This document shows, piece after piece, positions 1-13,026 of a DNA stretch of 64,000 nucleotides (position 1 is the first letter of the stretch; the number at the start of each line of letters is the position of its first letter). The notes beneath the pieces are model-generated. The model ran no database searches, had not been told where the DNA came from, and worked only from the letters and a program-made list of their open reading frames with translations. The translations under genes were made by a program, and so were the position numbers. The stretch comes from Dipteris shenzhenensis (Eukaryota), in NCBI GenBank assembly GCA_047967505.1, contig CM106538.1; one strand, written 5' to 3'.

Positions 1-859
1 GCCGTTCTTGTGGAAGACGCTCTGTGGATGATAATGCTATGAAGGCCTCTTTGGTCTTTCTTCAGTTCATCATGTGGCCAGGAATCTCTTCAGCCTCACC
101 TAATCTTCAGGATAGGAGAAGTACCAATTTCTGACACAAAAAACATATGTAACATCTAAAACACAATTTCCACAACAAAGAAGAAAGCTTCATTATAATA
201 AAAATTACAATACATTAAACTAAGTAACACCTAGCTTGTGTGATGAAAGTAACATCACTTGGTTTTTCAATGTTCTATCCCTGGGGTGCTAGCTCCTTTT
301 GGTAATAAATCTAATAAAATATTGAGTATGTAATGCATAAAAAATAACTCCATGAATAAAGTTTAGTCATGTTTGCATGTTGGTGTTCTACACTAAAATA
401 GCTTTGAAAATAATGCATTTACATCTTGAAATTTACATAATGCATGTAGAAATCAAAGAAGGTTGGTCCATATTCTATTATAGTTATTGTTTAATGCCCC
501 CTTAGTCTTGTATTGTCCAAAATATGCAAAATCCTTGTGATCTCACATATTTCATAAAGGACATGACATGTTTTGTGCATGGGAGGCCTTAAAATTTTAG
601 ATTTTCCCCTTGAGTATTTAAGGTACTTTTGGGAGATCCATGCATATTCTATAAAACCTTATCCCCCTGTATCGTAGATTTTGAACTAGGTCACATAATA
701 CGCAATGAGTTGGAACTCAATGATTCTACCAAATAATGAGGCAATTTGATGCCTGATACCATGCAATTACTTTCATTGTTGTATATCTATTGAGTTGTAT
801 GTGGGTGCACCAATAGATTCCTACCAAAGATGGGGAGATAGCCTTATTAGCCAATTACA

Positions 860-1379
860 TTCTCAGTGATCCTTCAAATTCTATGAAAGACGAATTACCA
901 TTTGGGTTACCTCCAAAAAAAATTGTTTATCATAAAATTGAGCTTGTTCTTAGGGTAGAACCTATTAATAGACCCCCTTATAGGTTGAGTTTATTGAAAA
1001 ATTTGAGATACATAGACGACTAGAAGAATACATCAAGTTAGGATAGATTTAACCTAGTTTCTCAGCTTTTACATCAATAATGACATTACAAACAAAGAAA
1101 TGTATGATACCTTTTGGTTATGTAACGATTAGTGAGGTTTGAGTAACATTACAATTATTTAATAAGCACAAGTATTTGATTGGCAAGCATTGATAAATGC
1201 ATGATATGGGGCTATAATTTTTAGTAAGATTGATCTTAAATGTGGGTACCACAAATTAAAATGCGAACACAAGATATGAGTAAAATGACTTTTAGATTCA
1301 AATTTGGTCATTAGGAGCTTTTGCAAGCCATTAGGGCTTAGTAATGCTCCAACTACATTTGCCATGCTCATGAATGGTC
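860..1379 (+). pseudogene. Degenerate Ty3/gypsy reverse transcriptase, N-terminal part
   Basis: Manual translation across frameshifts: DELPFGLPPK..HKIELV..EPINRPPYRLS, YGAIIFSKIDLKCGYH, PLGLSNAPTTF, all typical gypsy RT motifs. Interrupted at 1380 and resumes near 4048. Confidence 0.85.
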
Positions 1380-1842
1380 TATAGGAATCAAAGATGTAGA
1401 GAGAGCACGTCATGAAGAGAGAGTGGGTAGTTCTAGAGAGTCACACCACTATCAAACATTCATACCTAATCCCAAGTTCCACACCTTTGGCTATGAAATA
1501 ACCCACAAACCCCCCTTTGAAGCAAGAGTGGCGAGATACAAGATGCAAGGATAACACCACTCTCCAACTCCATTGTAATACTAGAAAGAGCATGCTGATG
1601 AATGGTCTATAGGAATCAAAGATATAGAGAGAGCTACAAAGATTCATACTTATCCATCATGAAGAGAGAGTGGGTAGTTCTAGAGAGTCACACCACTATC
1701 AAACATTCATACCTAAGCCCAAATTCCACACCTTTGGCTATGAAATAACCCACAAACCCCCCTTTGAAGCAAAGGTGGTGAGATACAAGATGCAAAGATA
1801 ACACCACTCTCCAACTCCATTATAATACTAGAAAGAGCATGC
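1363..1842. repeat. Tandem duplication of ~230-250 bp spanning the left insertion junction
   Basis: Units 1363-1590 and 1591-~1837 both begin CATGCT(C/G)ATGAATGGTCTATAGGAATC and end TACTAGAAAGAG. Confidence 0.9.
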
Positions 1843-4047
1843 CTTATTGCCTAGACCTCCTATGTGACAGTGACTCTCATCGATCTACTCAAACCATAGT
1901 TAAGACCATCACTCAATCACCTCCCTGTGCTACTAACTAGGTACAGGTATTTTAAAAGCCTAGAACTAATTCTCTCACACAAGGAATGCAAAAATACAAT
2001 CATTTTAGGGGGACAGCTAGGGGCAAAGGACCCTTATTGACTTTCACAAGGAAAACATAAATAAATCTCTTAGGGTGAGAGATGCTCCCATGTAGTCATT
2101 ACACATGTATGCAAACTCATAATCTTGTGATGATGTGTTGATGAACCTTTTGGCATGAGTGATTTGGAAAACAAGGTTGACAAAGTTAATGGGAATAATT
2201 TCCTAGGACAGTCAACTCATGACTCTCAAAATATAAGTGCTAGAGGCTTCAATTTGATAGAGGAGGCCTCAAATTGAAAAAGCAATAGATTTGATTTAGG
2301 CCAATTTTAAAACCCCTTTGAATTTATAGGTATGCCAAGGATGAATTTACATTGATTTTTGAAAATCCACACATGATGCTAATGCAAGGAAAGGAAGAAT
2401 AGAAATGCAAGAAATTTTTAGACTTTAATCCATCAATTTTGGCTTTGAAATCTTGCAAATTTCTTTAATTTGGTGCTAGATTTCTATTTGTAGAGAGATG
2501 CTTTGGAATGAAGTTTGAGCAAATCAAAAAGACCCTGGATTCACCAATCTTGAGTGGTTGTAGAAAATGAGTAGTTAATGGTGCATTGCTTAAAGCAAAC
2601 AGCTAGAAGTGAAGCAACAACAATGTGGGTGACATCATGTCAAAGACTAGGAGGTGAAGCAATAGCAGTGTGGGTGTTGTTTTGTCAAAGAATGGAGATG
2701 CTAGAGACCACCATTACAAGGCTTGTCTTCTACAAAATGTGTCACTATAGTTTTAATAGTTGCTATAGTAGTGAGTTAATAGAAGAGAGGTAGAGGCCCC
2801 TCATAGAAATACATAGCAAAGATAGAAGAATAACTAAAGGCTATCTTAGTGCTACATCTAAGAAGAGTATTTGTAGTAGCCAACACGTTTCTCACCCATA
2901 ATATGTGATTGCTATATAGAAAAACGTCAACCAATATTATTACTATTGGAAAGCAACATACTCTTATAACATTTTTTCAAATGACATCCAAAATTAAACC
3001 AAACAACTCTTGCTAATAGATACAAGGCCTAGCAGGGAATATAACAAAGTTTACTAGGGCCGAAAGAATGATACAAATGGCTAATAACACTTTTGTTGAG
3101 AATGGTAACCCTTTCAATAGAAGCAATGTGAACAAGAAGACAACTAATCTTGGTGGCTTTTGCTTGATGGATGATTAGGTAGAATCAATAGAAATTGATG
3201 CCATAATAAACAACAACCAACATGCCTTTAGCAATGAATATGAGCAAGCTTCAAATGACCAACATACCAACATACAAATTAGACATCGACACCCATAAGA
3301 AGACTTAAACATCTTAAACAAGTGTATTCAGAAAGGTAGAGAGAGTGTAATCTCTTACAAGGCTCTTATACCATTTGTAGGAATCAAAGACGTAGAGCCT
3401 AGGGTGGTGACTCTCTAAGAACCCAGATTACTCCTGCAAACAAGTACATAGTTAAATAATTTAATATTTATCAATTTTCAATTTAACTATTTACCCCTTT
3501 TTTGTACATATAAATATTGTAATTTGAAGTTTTAAAGGCTCCCTCCATTATTATATTGGGTAAGTATTCTTTGAAACCTTCCTATGCACAAATGGCCCAT
3601 AAGTCTTCCCAAATTCAAAAATCTCTTCCTTTAATAAACCTACTATCTTACATTTTGTACTGAGTAACCCCTAGAGATGTAGAGAGAGCTATGGAGGTTC
3701 AAACTTTTTGATCATGAAGAGATAGTGGGGTAGTTCTTGAGACAGAAAGGGAGACAAATACAAGAGAAGATAGAGACAATAGGCTAAGACACCATATGTT
3801 ATAGATTGAAGTGATGAAGAAGCAAAGTACATGTGCCATTTTATACACTGGTTGGTCTGATCTTCTCACACTCTCATACATCATAGATGATGTCACACAA
3901 GAAAGAATAAAAACTAATTTAGATAGTATCTAGAGGCCAATGGTCAATTGAAGCTTCACACTCTCCAAACACATAGTCTCTTAAAACACTCTCAGACACA
4001 CATACCTAAGCCTAATCCCACACTTTTGGCTCCAAAATAATCGAATA
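1380..4047 (-). mobile_element. Small degenerate LTR retroelement nested in the gypsy RT
   Basis: TSD TGGTC at 1375-1379 and 4048-4052. Related LTRs start T(A/G)TAGGAATCAAAGA at 1380 and 3376. tRNA-iMet PBS complement GCTCTTATACCA (1 mismatch) at 3362-3373. PPT complement AACCCCCCTT follows the left LTR. No recognisable ORF. Confidence 0.75.
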
Positions 4048-5140
4048 TGGTCTACTGCACCCATATATTAGGAATTTTCTAGTACATTTTACTAATGATA
4101 TATTGGTTCATAACAAAAGTATTGCTAAACATAGAGAACATTTAAGAAAAGTGTTCAATACATGAGAGAAGCTAGGCTTTTGTAAAAAAAGGGGAAATCA
4201 TGTTATGCATGGTAATGTTATGATATTTAGGGTTCATTATAACTCTTGATGGGGTTGAAATGGATCCAAAGAAATGTAGCCCATATTTTAGTGAAGCCAG
4301 TACCTAAGAATGTGATAGTTGTATGATCATTCTTGGATTCATTAGTTTTATATAAAAGGAATATCAGCGCATATTCTAACATTGTCTCATGATTGGCTAA
4401 TTTTACCTCAAATAAAGTACCTCACATTTAGGGAAAGGACCAACAAGAAATTTTTGACGGGGTAAAGAGAGCCATTCCTCAAGAACTTGTGTTAAGGATT
4501 GTTGATCCCTTCAAACCATTTTTCCTAAAGGTAAATACCAGTACTCATGTGGTAGAAGCAATTTTCTTGCAAGAGGAAAGGCCAATTGCCTTTGAAAGTA
4601 AGAAGCTTTCTCACTGAGAAATTGGCCAACTCATGAACAAGAGTTGTATGGCATTATTCATGATTTGAAGGCACATATGCCAACTCATGAATTAGAGTTT
4701 ACATTGTGATTCATGCTGTGAAAGCATGGAGATGTTACTTATATGGTGCACAATTTTATGTCAATGTCAATCATGATTCTTTAAAGCATTTCGAAAAAGA
4801 GTGTGGCCACCAAGCTATAACATTCCATATGGAAATTCAATTCCAAAGAAGGTAGGATAATGGGGTTGTTGATGTGTTGTCACACATTATTATATTATGC
4901 ATTTCACAATAGTATAGAGTTCTCTAATGAGCGAGCTAAGAGTAACCAAAAAGTGGATGAGTATGTCTAGAGCCTTTGGCCTAAACTTTTTGTGATTAAA
5001 CTCGAGGTTATAATGATTGGCATCTATGAAAGGCCATGCATATGCAAGTTATACCATAAACAATGGTATGCTTAAGAAGAATGACAAGGTAATACTACCT
5101 AATCAAAATGATCTTGTGCAAAAAAACATCCATATCAAGC
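4048..5140 (+). pseudogene. Continuation of the degenerate gypsy pol (RT C-terminus, RNase H)
   Basis: GLLHPYIRNFLVHFTNDILV (decayed YxDD), EHLRKVF, LQEERPIAFESKKLS, THEQELYGIIH. Confidence 0.85.
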
Positions 5141-5700
5141 CTTTCTTAATCTAAGAAGAGGATCATCGCTGCATATTGTGCTGACTGATGTGGAGAATAA
5201 GAAAGCTTTCGACTGCTGATAAAGATCCCATAGTAAACCAGCATAGCGTATGACTCATCTCATTATGAGTATGCTTCAATTTCCTAACTAGCCACCATAA
5301 ATCAAGAAGCTGGGGTAGCAAGCTCAAATTTTTCATCAAGATCAAGGCTCAGGTCGCATGATTGGATGGGCGTAACTAGGTCTGGCATCAGATGAAATCC
5401 ATAGGCTAAATTAAGTGAGGACCAGTATATGGAACAGGTAGATAGCTCATTGCGTGTACCCAATGTTTGCATCAATAGTATTTAGAGCATGGCTTCATTA
5501 ACTTCTATGTTGATGAAGATCCCAAGCACAAGTAACATCTAGAAACCTATCGCAAGAGAGAGTTTCAACAGATGCTTCAAGTGCTCAAAGATCAAGTGTT
5601 CAAAGATCAAGCATATATGTCTAACATATACCCCAAGGTTAGGAACATAGCTTCTAGCATCGATATTCCACATATGCTCACCAAATTCACCCAAAGACAG

Positions 5701-5780
5701 CATTGAGTGTGGCAAAACCCTCTATGCATTGAGTGTGGCAAAACCCTCTATGCATTGAGTGTGGCAAAACCCTCTATGCA
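5701..5780. repeat. Perfect 26-bp tandem repeat, 3 copies
   Basis: CATTGAGTGTGGCAAAACCCTCTATG at 5701, 5727 and 5753, with no spacers. Confidence 0.95.
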
Positions 5781-5899
5781 AGATTTGACTTGTTCAAGCT
5801 TTAAGAGAGCATTCATAGCCCAAAGTATTCTCAGAAGTTTTCACTCCAGTTTCCACATTAACTCCTTTGATTAGATCACTGCAGATATTGGTAAGGAGA

Positions 5900-7250
5900 T
5901 AGAAAATTCAAGGAAAGAGGTAATTCAATCAACAAAAGACAGCTTCAAGTCACCACCATCTCTTAGTTGAAGCTTGTCCTCGGACAAAGTGGCTTTAAAG
6001 ATGTTATGGGACATCTAAAGATAAGTATTTCTTTCATGTTTATTAAGCTTGCCTTATTCTAATTCAAAGATCTAACCCTTGTATCTTATTACAAGGAAAG
6101 AAGTGTGTTGTTACCTTGATTGTTTTAGGAATCAAAAGGCAAGCACATAAGATTACTTATACATACATATGTGGTCCTAAAGTATTCCTTGATGGGACAA
6201 GCTAGTTATTCCAAGTTTTGGAGAATTCCAAGTTATTGTACGAGTGATATAATCTCTCTTATGGAACTAGTTTTATATGACTTATGTGGTCAAGGCTATG
6301 GACTACTTCTTTGGTCTCATCAAATTTGTATGCATAGTACCGATACAAAATAATCTCAAAATTATTGTATCTAGTTTATGGGTTTGAGCAGCTTATGCCA
6401 AAAAGGAGAAGTGTCAGAGGCTACGTGTTCATCTTTTATGACTTGATCCAAGATAAACTCAGGATCAGCAGAGCCTGTTTGAGGGTAGTATGTTCAAAGT
6501 TGGCAAGTTTATAGTCATGCACCTAATTTTATGATCTTTAATTAGAAACTAAGTTATGATAACTAATCATGATAATCAGTTATGTTCTTATGGAGGATGA
6601 GATGATCAAGTATATGATCCTTTATGGCAAAATTCCATGTGGTCATTATGGACCACGTATTTCAGTTCCAAGTTATATTATCTCAGTTCGAGAGGAGGAG
6701 TTTCAATCATGAAATTTAGTTTTGTTTTCTTGTAGAACATGACACGCTCAAGTACCAACTCTATATAATAGTATTGAGTATGGTCATCATTGAACAAGTC
6801 AAATTTTTTATCATTCCATAGTTCTCTTATTGGGAATTGTGTTGAATAAATAGAAGTCCTTATGAGGGTGCATGATATATTCAAGAACCAATTTTTTTGA
6901 TGACAGGATTCTATTTGGTCACTATTAGCCCAGTGTTTACTTTAGGATTCCATTATTGAAGAGTTTCCATTGAAATATGTTTCATACAAAAACTCTTATG
7001 GTTCTCATGGATTATTATGGCCAAAGCGATAGAGTTTTACACTTCATTTGTCAGTTATATGTCCTTTTGGAAAGTTTGAGAACTCTCCAAGTTTATGTCT
7101 CTAACCAGCACGATAAATGTTTGGTAGCAAAGTTATTTTAGTTTTACATCTATATCAAGAATCTTCTCAGTTGAAGACAACTGATTAGAAGCCAAGGGGA
7201 TGTCACCAAATTGGTACTTCTCCCAAGACATAAAGAGGAATCTCTAATTG
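5900..7250 (+). pseudogene. Possible highly decayed retroelement pol (RNase H/integrase)
   Basis: Only weak remnants such as GHYGPR near 6641. No open frame. Confidence 0.3.
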
Positions 7251-8499
7251 TATTGATGATGGTCAAGAAAGTTGTCTTTCATTAACTAGAATAAGCTTTG
7301 TTTTACCTTTGCTTTGCATTGGTAAAAAAGAATTATGGGAATGCTCAGAAGGGACTAGGATTAGTCCACTAGGAATGCATGCATTTCACTAACCTCTAAT
7401 GGGTTAAAGTATTGGGACTTGTTTGTGCAATGTGTAGGACCTAAGAGAGTCAAAAAGGACCCAAGAGTGAGGAGAAAAGCACAAAAAGTAGGACCCACAA
7501 GCCCTAAAAGCATGGACAAGGGGGCGCCTCTATAAAAGGAGGGCCAACTAGATAAAAAAGGTGCCAAAAGAAGAAGAAATCCTGAAAATCTTGGCTTTTA
7601 TGTAAAAGTAGCTTTTAGAACACAGGCCCTAGCTTTTTGCTAGGCCTTGTCTATAAAAGAAAGGCCCAGGCCTCCCAAATAAATTGGAAAAGTTGTACAC
7701 AGCTTCATGCTCTCCTTGAAGCTAGTTGTACAAAGCATATTCTATTGCAACAAAGACATTTTAGGGAGTTCTAGCCCTTATTTATGGGTCCTAGTGGAGT
7801 GTCCTCTCCCTCCTTCCCTCTTAGTTACTCTCTCTTCATGGCGACTCATGTACCAGCTTCAACGTTGAACTATGGTTTGCTGATTGGAGTTTCTAGCTAG
7901 TATGAAACATTAGTTTTGAAGTGCTAAGACTCAGATTTGATACAAATTAAATATTGAAGCTATGCTCTAGCTCCAAAATGGTTACAGTTTGCATGGATAT
8001 ATTTTGAATAAATATCATACAAAAGTGGGTTAATGGGATGGAACTGGGCATTTAGGGAGAGAGTACATGCTTGCCTTAATGCTATATAGATTTTGAAGTC
8101 TTTGATCAATGCCTTGCCATCTCAGTAGATAGCCCATTTGCCTTCCTTTCTAGCCGCCTTCACCTTTGCAAGCTCTGAGGCTTTACTCTTCAGCTTAGTT
8201 TTTGTAAGTTCCTCTGCAATCCAATAGACCCTTAGTTTATAACTGATGTATGATCTTCATTTGCTCTCCCTTTTTCTATTTTGTTTTCTCAGATGTTCTG
8301 GTGGAAACAGTTGTGATTGGAACTTTATGTGATTATCAGTATCTCGAGACATAATATAAAAAACTACTACTTTTTTTGCCCCAAAATAATATAATGCTAT
8401 ATAGAATATTAAGTTGTAATAATAACATATCTACCTAGCCCTAGTAAGGGTCTCTCAATTAACACTATCCTTCAAGATAAATGTTATGAATTTGATATT

Positions 8500-9150
8500 C
8501 TCTTAAGTAAAATCTTTTGAGATCGAAAGATAGATCAATCATTATAATTCCTTTAGTCCCTCTAAATGGGGAATGACCTTCCTCTAGATTGAGCATAAAG
8601 TTGCCTCTTCTCAACCAATGTATATTTTAGCCTAGTAAATATTTTTCTAAAGAGATAGTCATGGATCAAGGTCAGGGATTGGTGCCCAATCATGATGTTG
8701 AATTCATCCTACAAGATCATTGCCAAGGCATTGCATTGAGAATCATGGAGGTGTGCATGGAGGTAGTGGATCAAGTGAAAGGGTGGGATATCTTTGACAT
8801 CCTCTAGCCTTAGATCATGCCTACAACATGAGTCAGAGGGTGATACTCTTTGGGTTCATGACTCAATAAGGCCAGGGATAGGGTAAAATGGGATTATATC
8901 CTATGTGTGCTTGAGAAACTTGGCTTTGGGTCAAGGTTCATCCACATGGTTGCCACCTTATTTGGCAATGTCTCAACCATCTTCTATCTCAATAAGGATG
9001 TGGTGGGCACTTTTTTTCTCATCCATTCAATCAAGGGAGAATTTTTGGTTGGCCTCCTCAAAGGCATCTCACAGGGCAATTAGCGTGTCAGCTTAGCATC
9101 CAACACTTTGTCAGCAATATTGTTTCATTTTCTATTGAAGAAAAAGGCAG
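8500..9150 (+). pseudogene. L1-clade LINE reverse transcriptase fragment
   Basis: DWCPIMMLNSSYKIIAKAL at ~8677-8733 (cf. WRPISLLNxxYKIIAK), KARDRVKWDYI (cf. KAYDRVxW), LEKLGFG. Confidence 0.75.
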
Positions 9151-9669
9151 TGTTGATAATCTCATGGTGGTTATGTCTCTATAGGCCTTAGAGTCTCATT
9201 GCAGTGGGTCAAAGACCTTCGCTTTGAGGACCCCTATTGTTGATTGGTATTATTTAGGGTTTATTCATCACACCTCCTAGCATGCCATCTCCTTGTAGTT
9301 TCTTTACAATGGGGGTCCCGAGAGTCTTACTTTGCATGGCTTTCCGTGTTACCATATTATTCTATTTCTACAAGTATAGGTGTTTATAGCAATGCTTAAG
9401 GTTCCTCTGTCTCTGTTTCTTGATTTCGAGCTCTTTGCATGACATTTAAAGATTGATTCTACATACATTTAGATCTAGCATCGATACTTGGTCCTTTGTG
9501 ATGTGTATTGGTACTATGGATTTTTTTACACTAATAGTGACCTAAAACCTACACTAACTTCCTTTTGACCCATTGGATTTTGTGTCATTGAATATTTCAT
9601 TAATGATTGCTCAATCTTTCTCAATGGATTTATTTAACCATTGACCAAGCAAAGTTAAATTTAACCATA

Positions 9670-11085
9670 GTTAATTCTTATCCTACCACGTGGCATTTAT
9701 CTGAGACCTTGGAGAAGGAAGAAGGAGGCTTGAAGCTTCTCTGTGACAAACTTGCGACGATGACGGCTTCGATGGAGAGAGATTTACTGCTGCTACAAAT
9801 TCGGGCTCGTGGAGGAGGAATTGGAGACTTGCGAGAGCTTGGAGCACGACCTGCACTATTGCCTGTGCGTCTACTTGGGGCACTGTCTGTGGCTGTGAGC
9901 ATTGGAGCTGCACTCGTTTGCCTCGCTACTACTACTACTGAGGATGCTTGGGCTGGTCTATTGGAGTGCTGCTATGCATCACGAGCTTCAGAGCTCTGGT
10001 AACTAGGTGCTATGAGAGCTATGAGGCTTCGCAGAGTCAGTGGAGTCACCCATGCAGGGGCCGTTGGTCATAGAGGAGCATGGGATTCGGGTGTATGTAG
10101 ATTTGCAGCCATTGCAGAGCGGCTTCGTTGCTTGCAGTGAGGCAGCTATTGATGTCGTAGCATTGCTCTATCCATGAAGGCTGGGTCACTGGGAGCTATG
10201 GAGGTCGTAGCTGGTCGTTAGGAGATAGGAGCACCTCTCTAGAGCTGTCAAATGGAAGCACTGTGACCCTATTGATAAGGCTACGATGGCAGATAGGGTC
10301 ACGCTATAGATAGGAGCTTGAGAAGGCATTTGATCGTTGGGAGTTGAAGCTACCGCAAGTAGAGGTGTGCCATTTGATAGTCAGGAAGCTCATTGTTTGT
10401 ACTTACTACCTAAGAACAAATCCATATCTCTCTTTCTTTCTTAGACTGAATCTCTCTCTCTCAAAAAACATAGACCTACTTTGCACTCTTCATATTTCTC
10501 TCCTTGGAGAATTGAATTCCTCATAATGGATCTCTCTTACTTTCTCAATGACAGAATTCCCTCAATGCAATGGAAGGAATCAATGGACAGAAATTTTCTC
10601 TCTCTAGGGATGAAACTTTTTTCTCAATCTAAAACTAAAACTAACCTAGGAGAAAACATGTGCTCCTAAGACATGCCTACAACTAATCTAGGAATGGAAG
10701 CAATCCTAGTGAACTACTAATGAGCTAAACTAGGAGAGCTAAACCTATGCTCTGATACCATGACAAAACATGTATGCCTCAGGATCTATGGATCACTCTA
10801 AGGTGGATGGAACCTATGTGGAAACATGAGGAAGAGAGTGCTCATGACATGTACCTCAAGTCAATCAGGTTCCAAGATAGATTAGCTTGGACTCATAAAG
10901 AGAACCTTGAGAAAGTGCAAAGTGCTTAGTTGATATTACTTCAAATGAACCTACCTTTTATAGGTGAGGGTACTTACATCCATTTGCTTGCTCACATGTG
11001 GGATATCTCCTCCATGCCATGTGGCAGCTTTTCCTTTACTCATACCTTTGCTCTACAAGTGCTCATGGCACCACAACTCTCAACA
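9670..11085 (-). mobile_element. 5' portion of an LTR retrotransposon (LTR, PBS, decayed gag-like region)
   Basis: Perfect tRNA-iMet PBS complement GCTCTGATACCA at 10749-10760, adjacent to a TG..CA-bounded 325-bp segment (10761-11085). It abuts and truncates the next element's 5' LTR. Confidence 0.7.
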
Positions 11086-11714
11086 TAGTCCAAGAGTGCA
11101 AGTTAAATAATGGGGAAAGTAGGTTGAGGTGGCAAGACTCATTGTGTCAACCCTCCACTTTTCCTTTTAGATGTTTGAATGTATTATAAAATTAGGGAGA
11201 GACTAAGGGAGTATCTTAGACTTGCGATATGGGGTTTGATTTATGTGGAAAAATGAGGCAAAGGATTGTCACACACAATTGAGAGTGCGTACCCACCTAA
11301 CCCATATGGGAGACTCTTCCACACACACCATGCATGCGGGAGGATGCATTTAGTGAGAGACCCTCTCTCTTGGCTATAAAAGGAGGGGGCTATTCCTTGA
11401 TGGAACACGCTCATTCTTGTAAAGCCACCTAGCTAGTACTTTGATATTCCCCCATCCTTCCTTTCAAATAAAGCATGACTCTCTTCCCTTGATGTCTCCA
11501 TCTCTACATTCCACCTCCCATCATGGACATGCTCCTCTTCCCCCTCTTCCTTCCCCCTTGTGCCATAGTCCCCCTCTTCATTCCCAGCCCTCTTAATCCC
11601 TTTTCCCCACCTATGTTAACGCTTCTCCCCTCACGTTCCCTTTTCCTCTATGGCCCTCAAGTGTCGCCATGCCTCGCATCTAGCATCATGCCTCGAATTC
11701 TTTTCTAGTTAATA
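11086..11714 (+). repeat. 5' LTR (5'-truncated) of the gypsy element
   Basis: Highly similar direct repeat of 19023-19654. TATAAAA near 11375. Ends GTTAATA. Confidence 0.92.
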
Positions 11715-11718
11715 GAAT

Positions 11719-11752
11719 TGGTGTGGCTATTGGGATACGAGGTCTCCATGGC
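11719..11752 (+). promoter_or_regulatory. Primer-binding site, probably tRNA-His, with extended complementarity
   Basis: TGGTGTGGCTATTGGGATACGAGGTCTCCATGGC. Its reverse complement resembles the 3' part of plant cytosolic tRNA-His as recalled (GCCGTGGAGACCTGGGCTCGAATCCCAGCAGCCACACCA). Confidence 0.7.
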
Positions 11753-12130
11753 TAGTGGTAGCATACAATCATTCCGTCGACATTGGTTATTCCTACGACT
11801 GTGTGCGATTCTGTGGCATCTTCTCTGCACTTCCAATCTGTGACATCTGCTTCCGGTTCTCCATCCCTGTAATTGTAAAACTTCTCTGTTGTTATGCTGT
11901 GCATCTTCTAGGTTCCCGCATGTCTTTTGGATTCCTATGCACACCACACCCACGCCCTGCGCCGTGCTTCTTGTTTGCACCGTGCCCACACTGCGCATCT
12001 TCTCCGAGCCCAGCGAGTCTTCTAGTCGCAACCTGTAGTCTTTGCAAATTCTGCAACAGATCTTGTGTTCACCTCTTCTTCTTCTTCTCCCTCTTTTTTT
12101 GTTCTCCTCTCCTCTCCTCTCCTTTTATTA

Positions 12131-12193
12131 AGGAGTGGGAATTGAACCCAAGACCTCGCCATTCACAAAAGGAAGACTTACCAATGGGCCAAC
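12131..12193 (-). other. tRNA-like sequence with Pol III A and B boxes
   Basis: Minus strand reads TGGCCCATTGG (A box) ... TTGTGAA ... GGTTCAATTCC (B box) with tRNA-like spacing. No intact acceptor stem. Confidence 0.5.
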
Positions 12194-13026
12194 AAATAGG
12201 AATTGATGAAAGTGCAATGATATTGCTTATATGCTGAAATCTCATGATCTGTAACTCTCTAACCATAGGGAGTTTCCTCTTGCTATAAAAAGCAAAAGTA
12301 CTTCATTTCATGTGCTCTATTCATATCTCATACTAGATCGTAGATTCTAAACTTTTTTAAGTTCACTCCTTGGACGCACGCCACACAAGGAGGGTGGATA
12401 TTTATGTCACTTCTCGACAAGTTCAAGGATTTGGTGCTTGGTCCTCTGCTCATTACAGCTACCAATTGGTGAGATATCTTTCTTGATCTTCATGTCGATC
12501 TTCAACAACTGACTGTACAATGCATTGCTCAAGGAGATGACAGGTGGGATGATACACCATGGATGATTCAAGGTGAAGAACTAGTGATACACTGGGAGGG
12601 CTTTGATTCCAATTCTACTCATTGTGCGGTGATTGAGCTACTTGTTGCATCAGAGGTAATTAAAAGGGTGACATTCTTCCAAGGGTGGGATGATCCACAA
12701 GCTTGGGGGGAGATTTGGTGCATCTGCTTATTAATACCTGTGGATGAGCTCGTCTTGAATGATTTCTTCTCAACCTCACTACAAAGGTTTCTAGGGCTCG
12801 ACTATGGTCGGTAATGTTTCAACCAAGGAATCCCTTTGTACCTAATCAACCCTTTGTGCCACATTTTGAGCTTCAAGTTGTAATTCTTTTTTGTCTAAAG
12901 ATAAAACTGTCAAAAAAGGATTGCAAGTTTATTTGGTGCTGAACGTCTTGCTCAAGTATTGAATTCTCCCCACCCTCTCGTTCTGCCTATCTTAGACTAC
13001 CGAGAAACCCGGGTGTAATGAAATCT

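Noticed and set aside
1-131. Possible minus-strand exon after an acceptor-like TTTTTTGTGTCAG
   Set aside because: All three frames hit stops within ~35 nt and no product is recognisable. It could be UTR but is unsupported.
5701-5780. CRISPR-like 26-bp repeats
   Set aside because: Head-to-tail with no spacers, no cas genes, eukaryotic context.
7330-8000. Possible solo LTR (TATAAAAG boxes, CT-rich stretch)
   Set aside because: No termini, TSD or partner copy could be defined.
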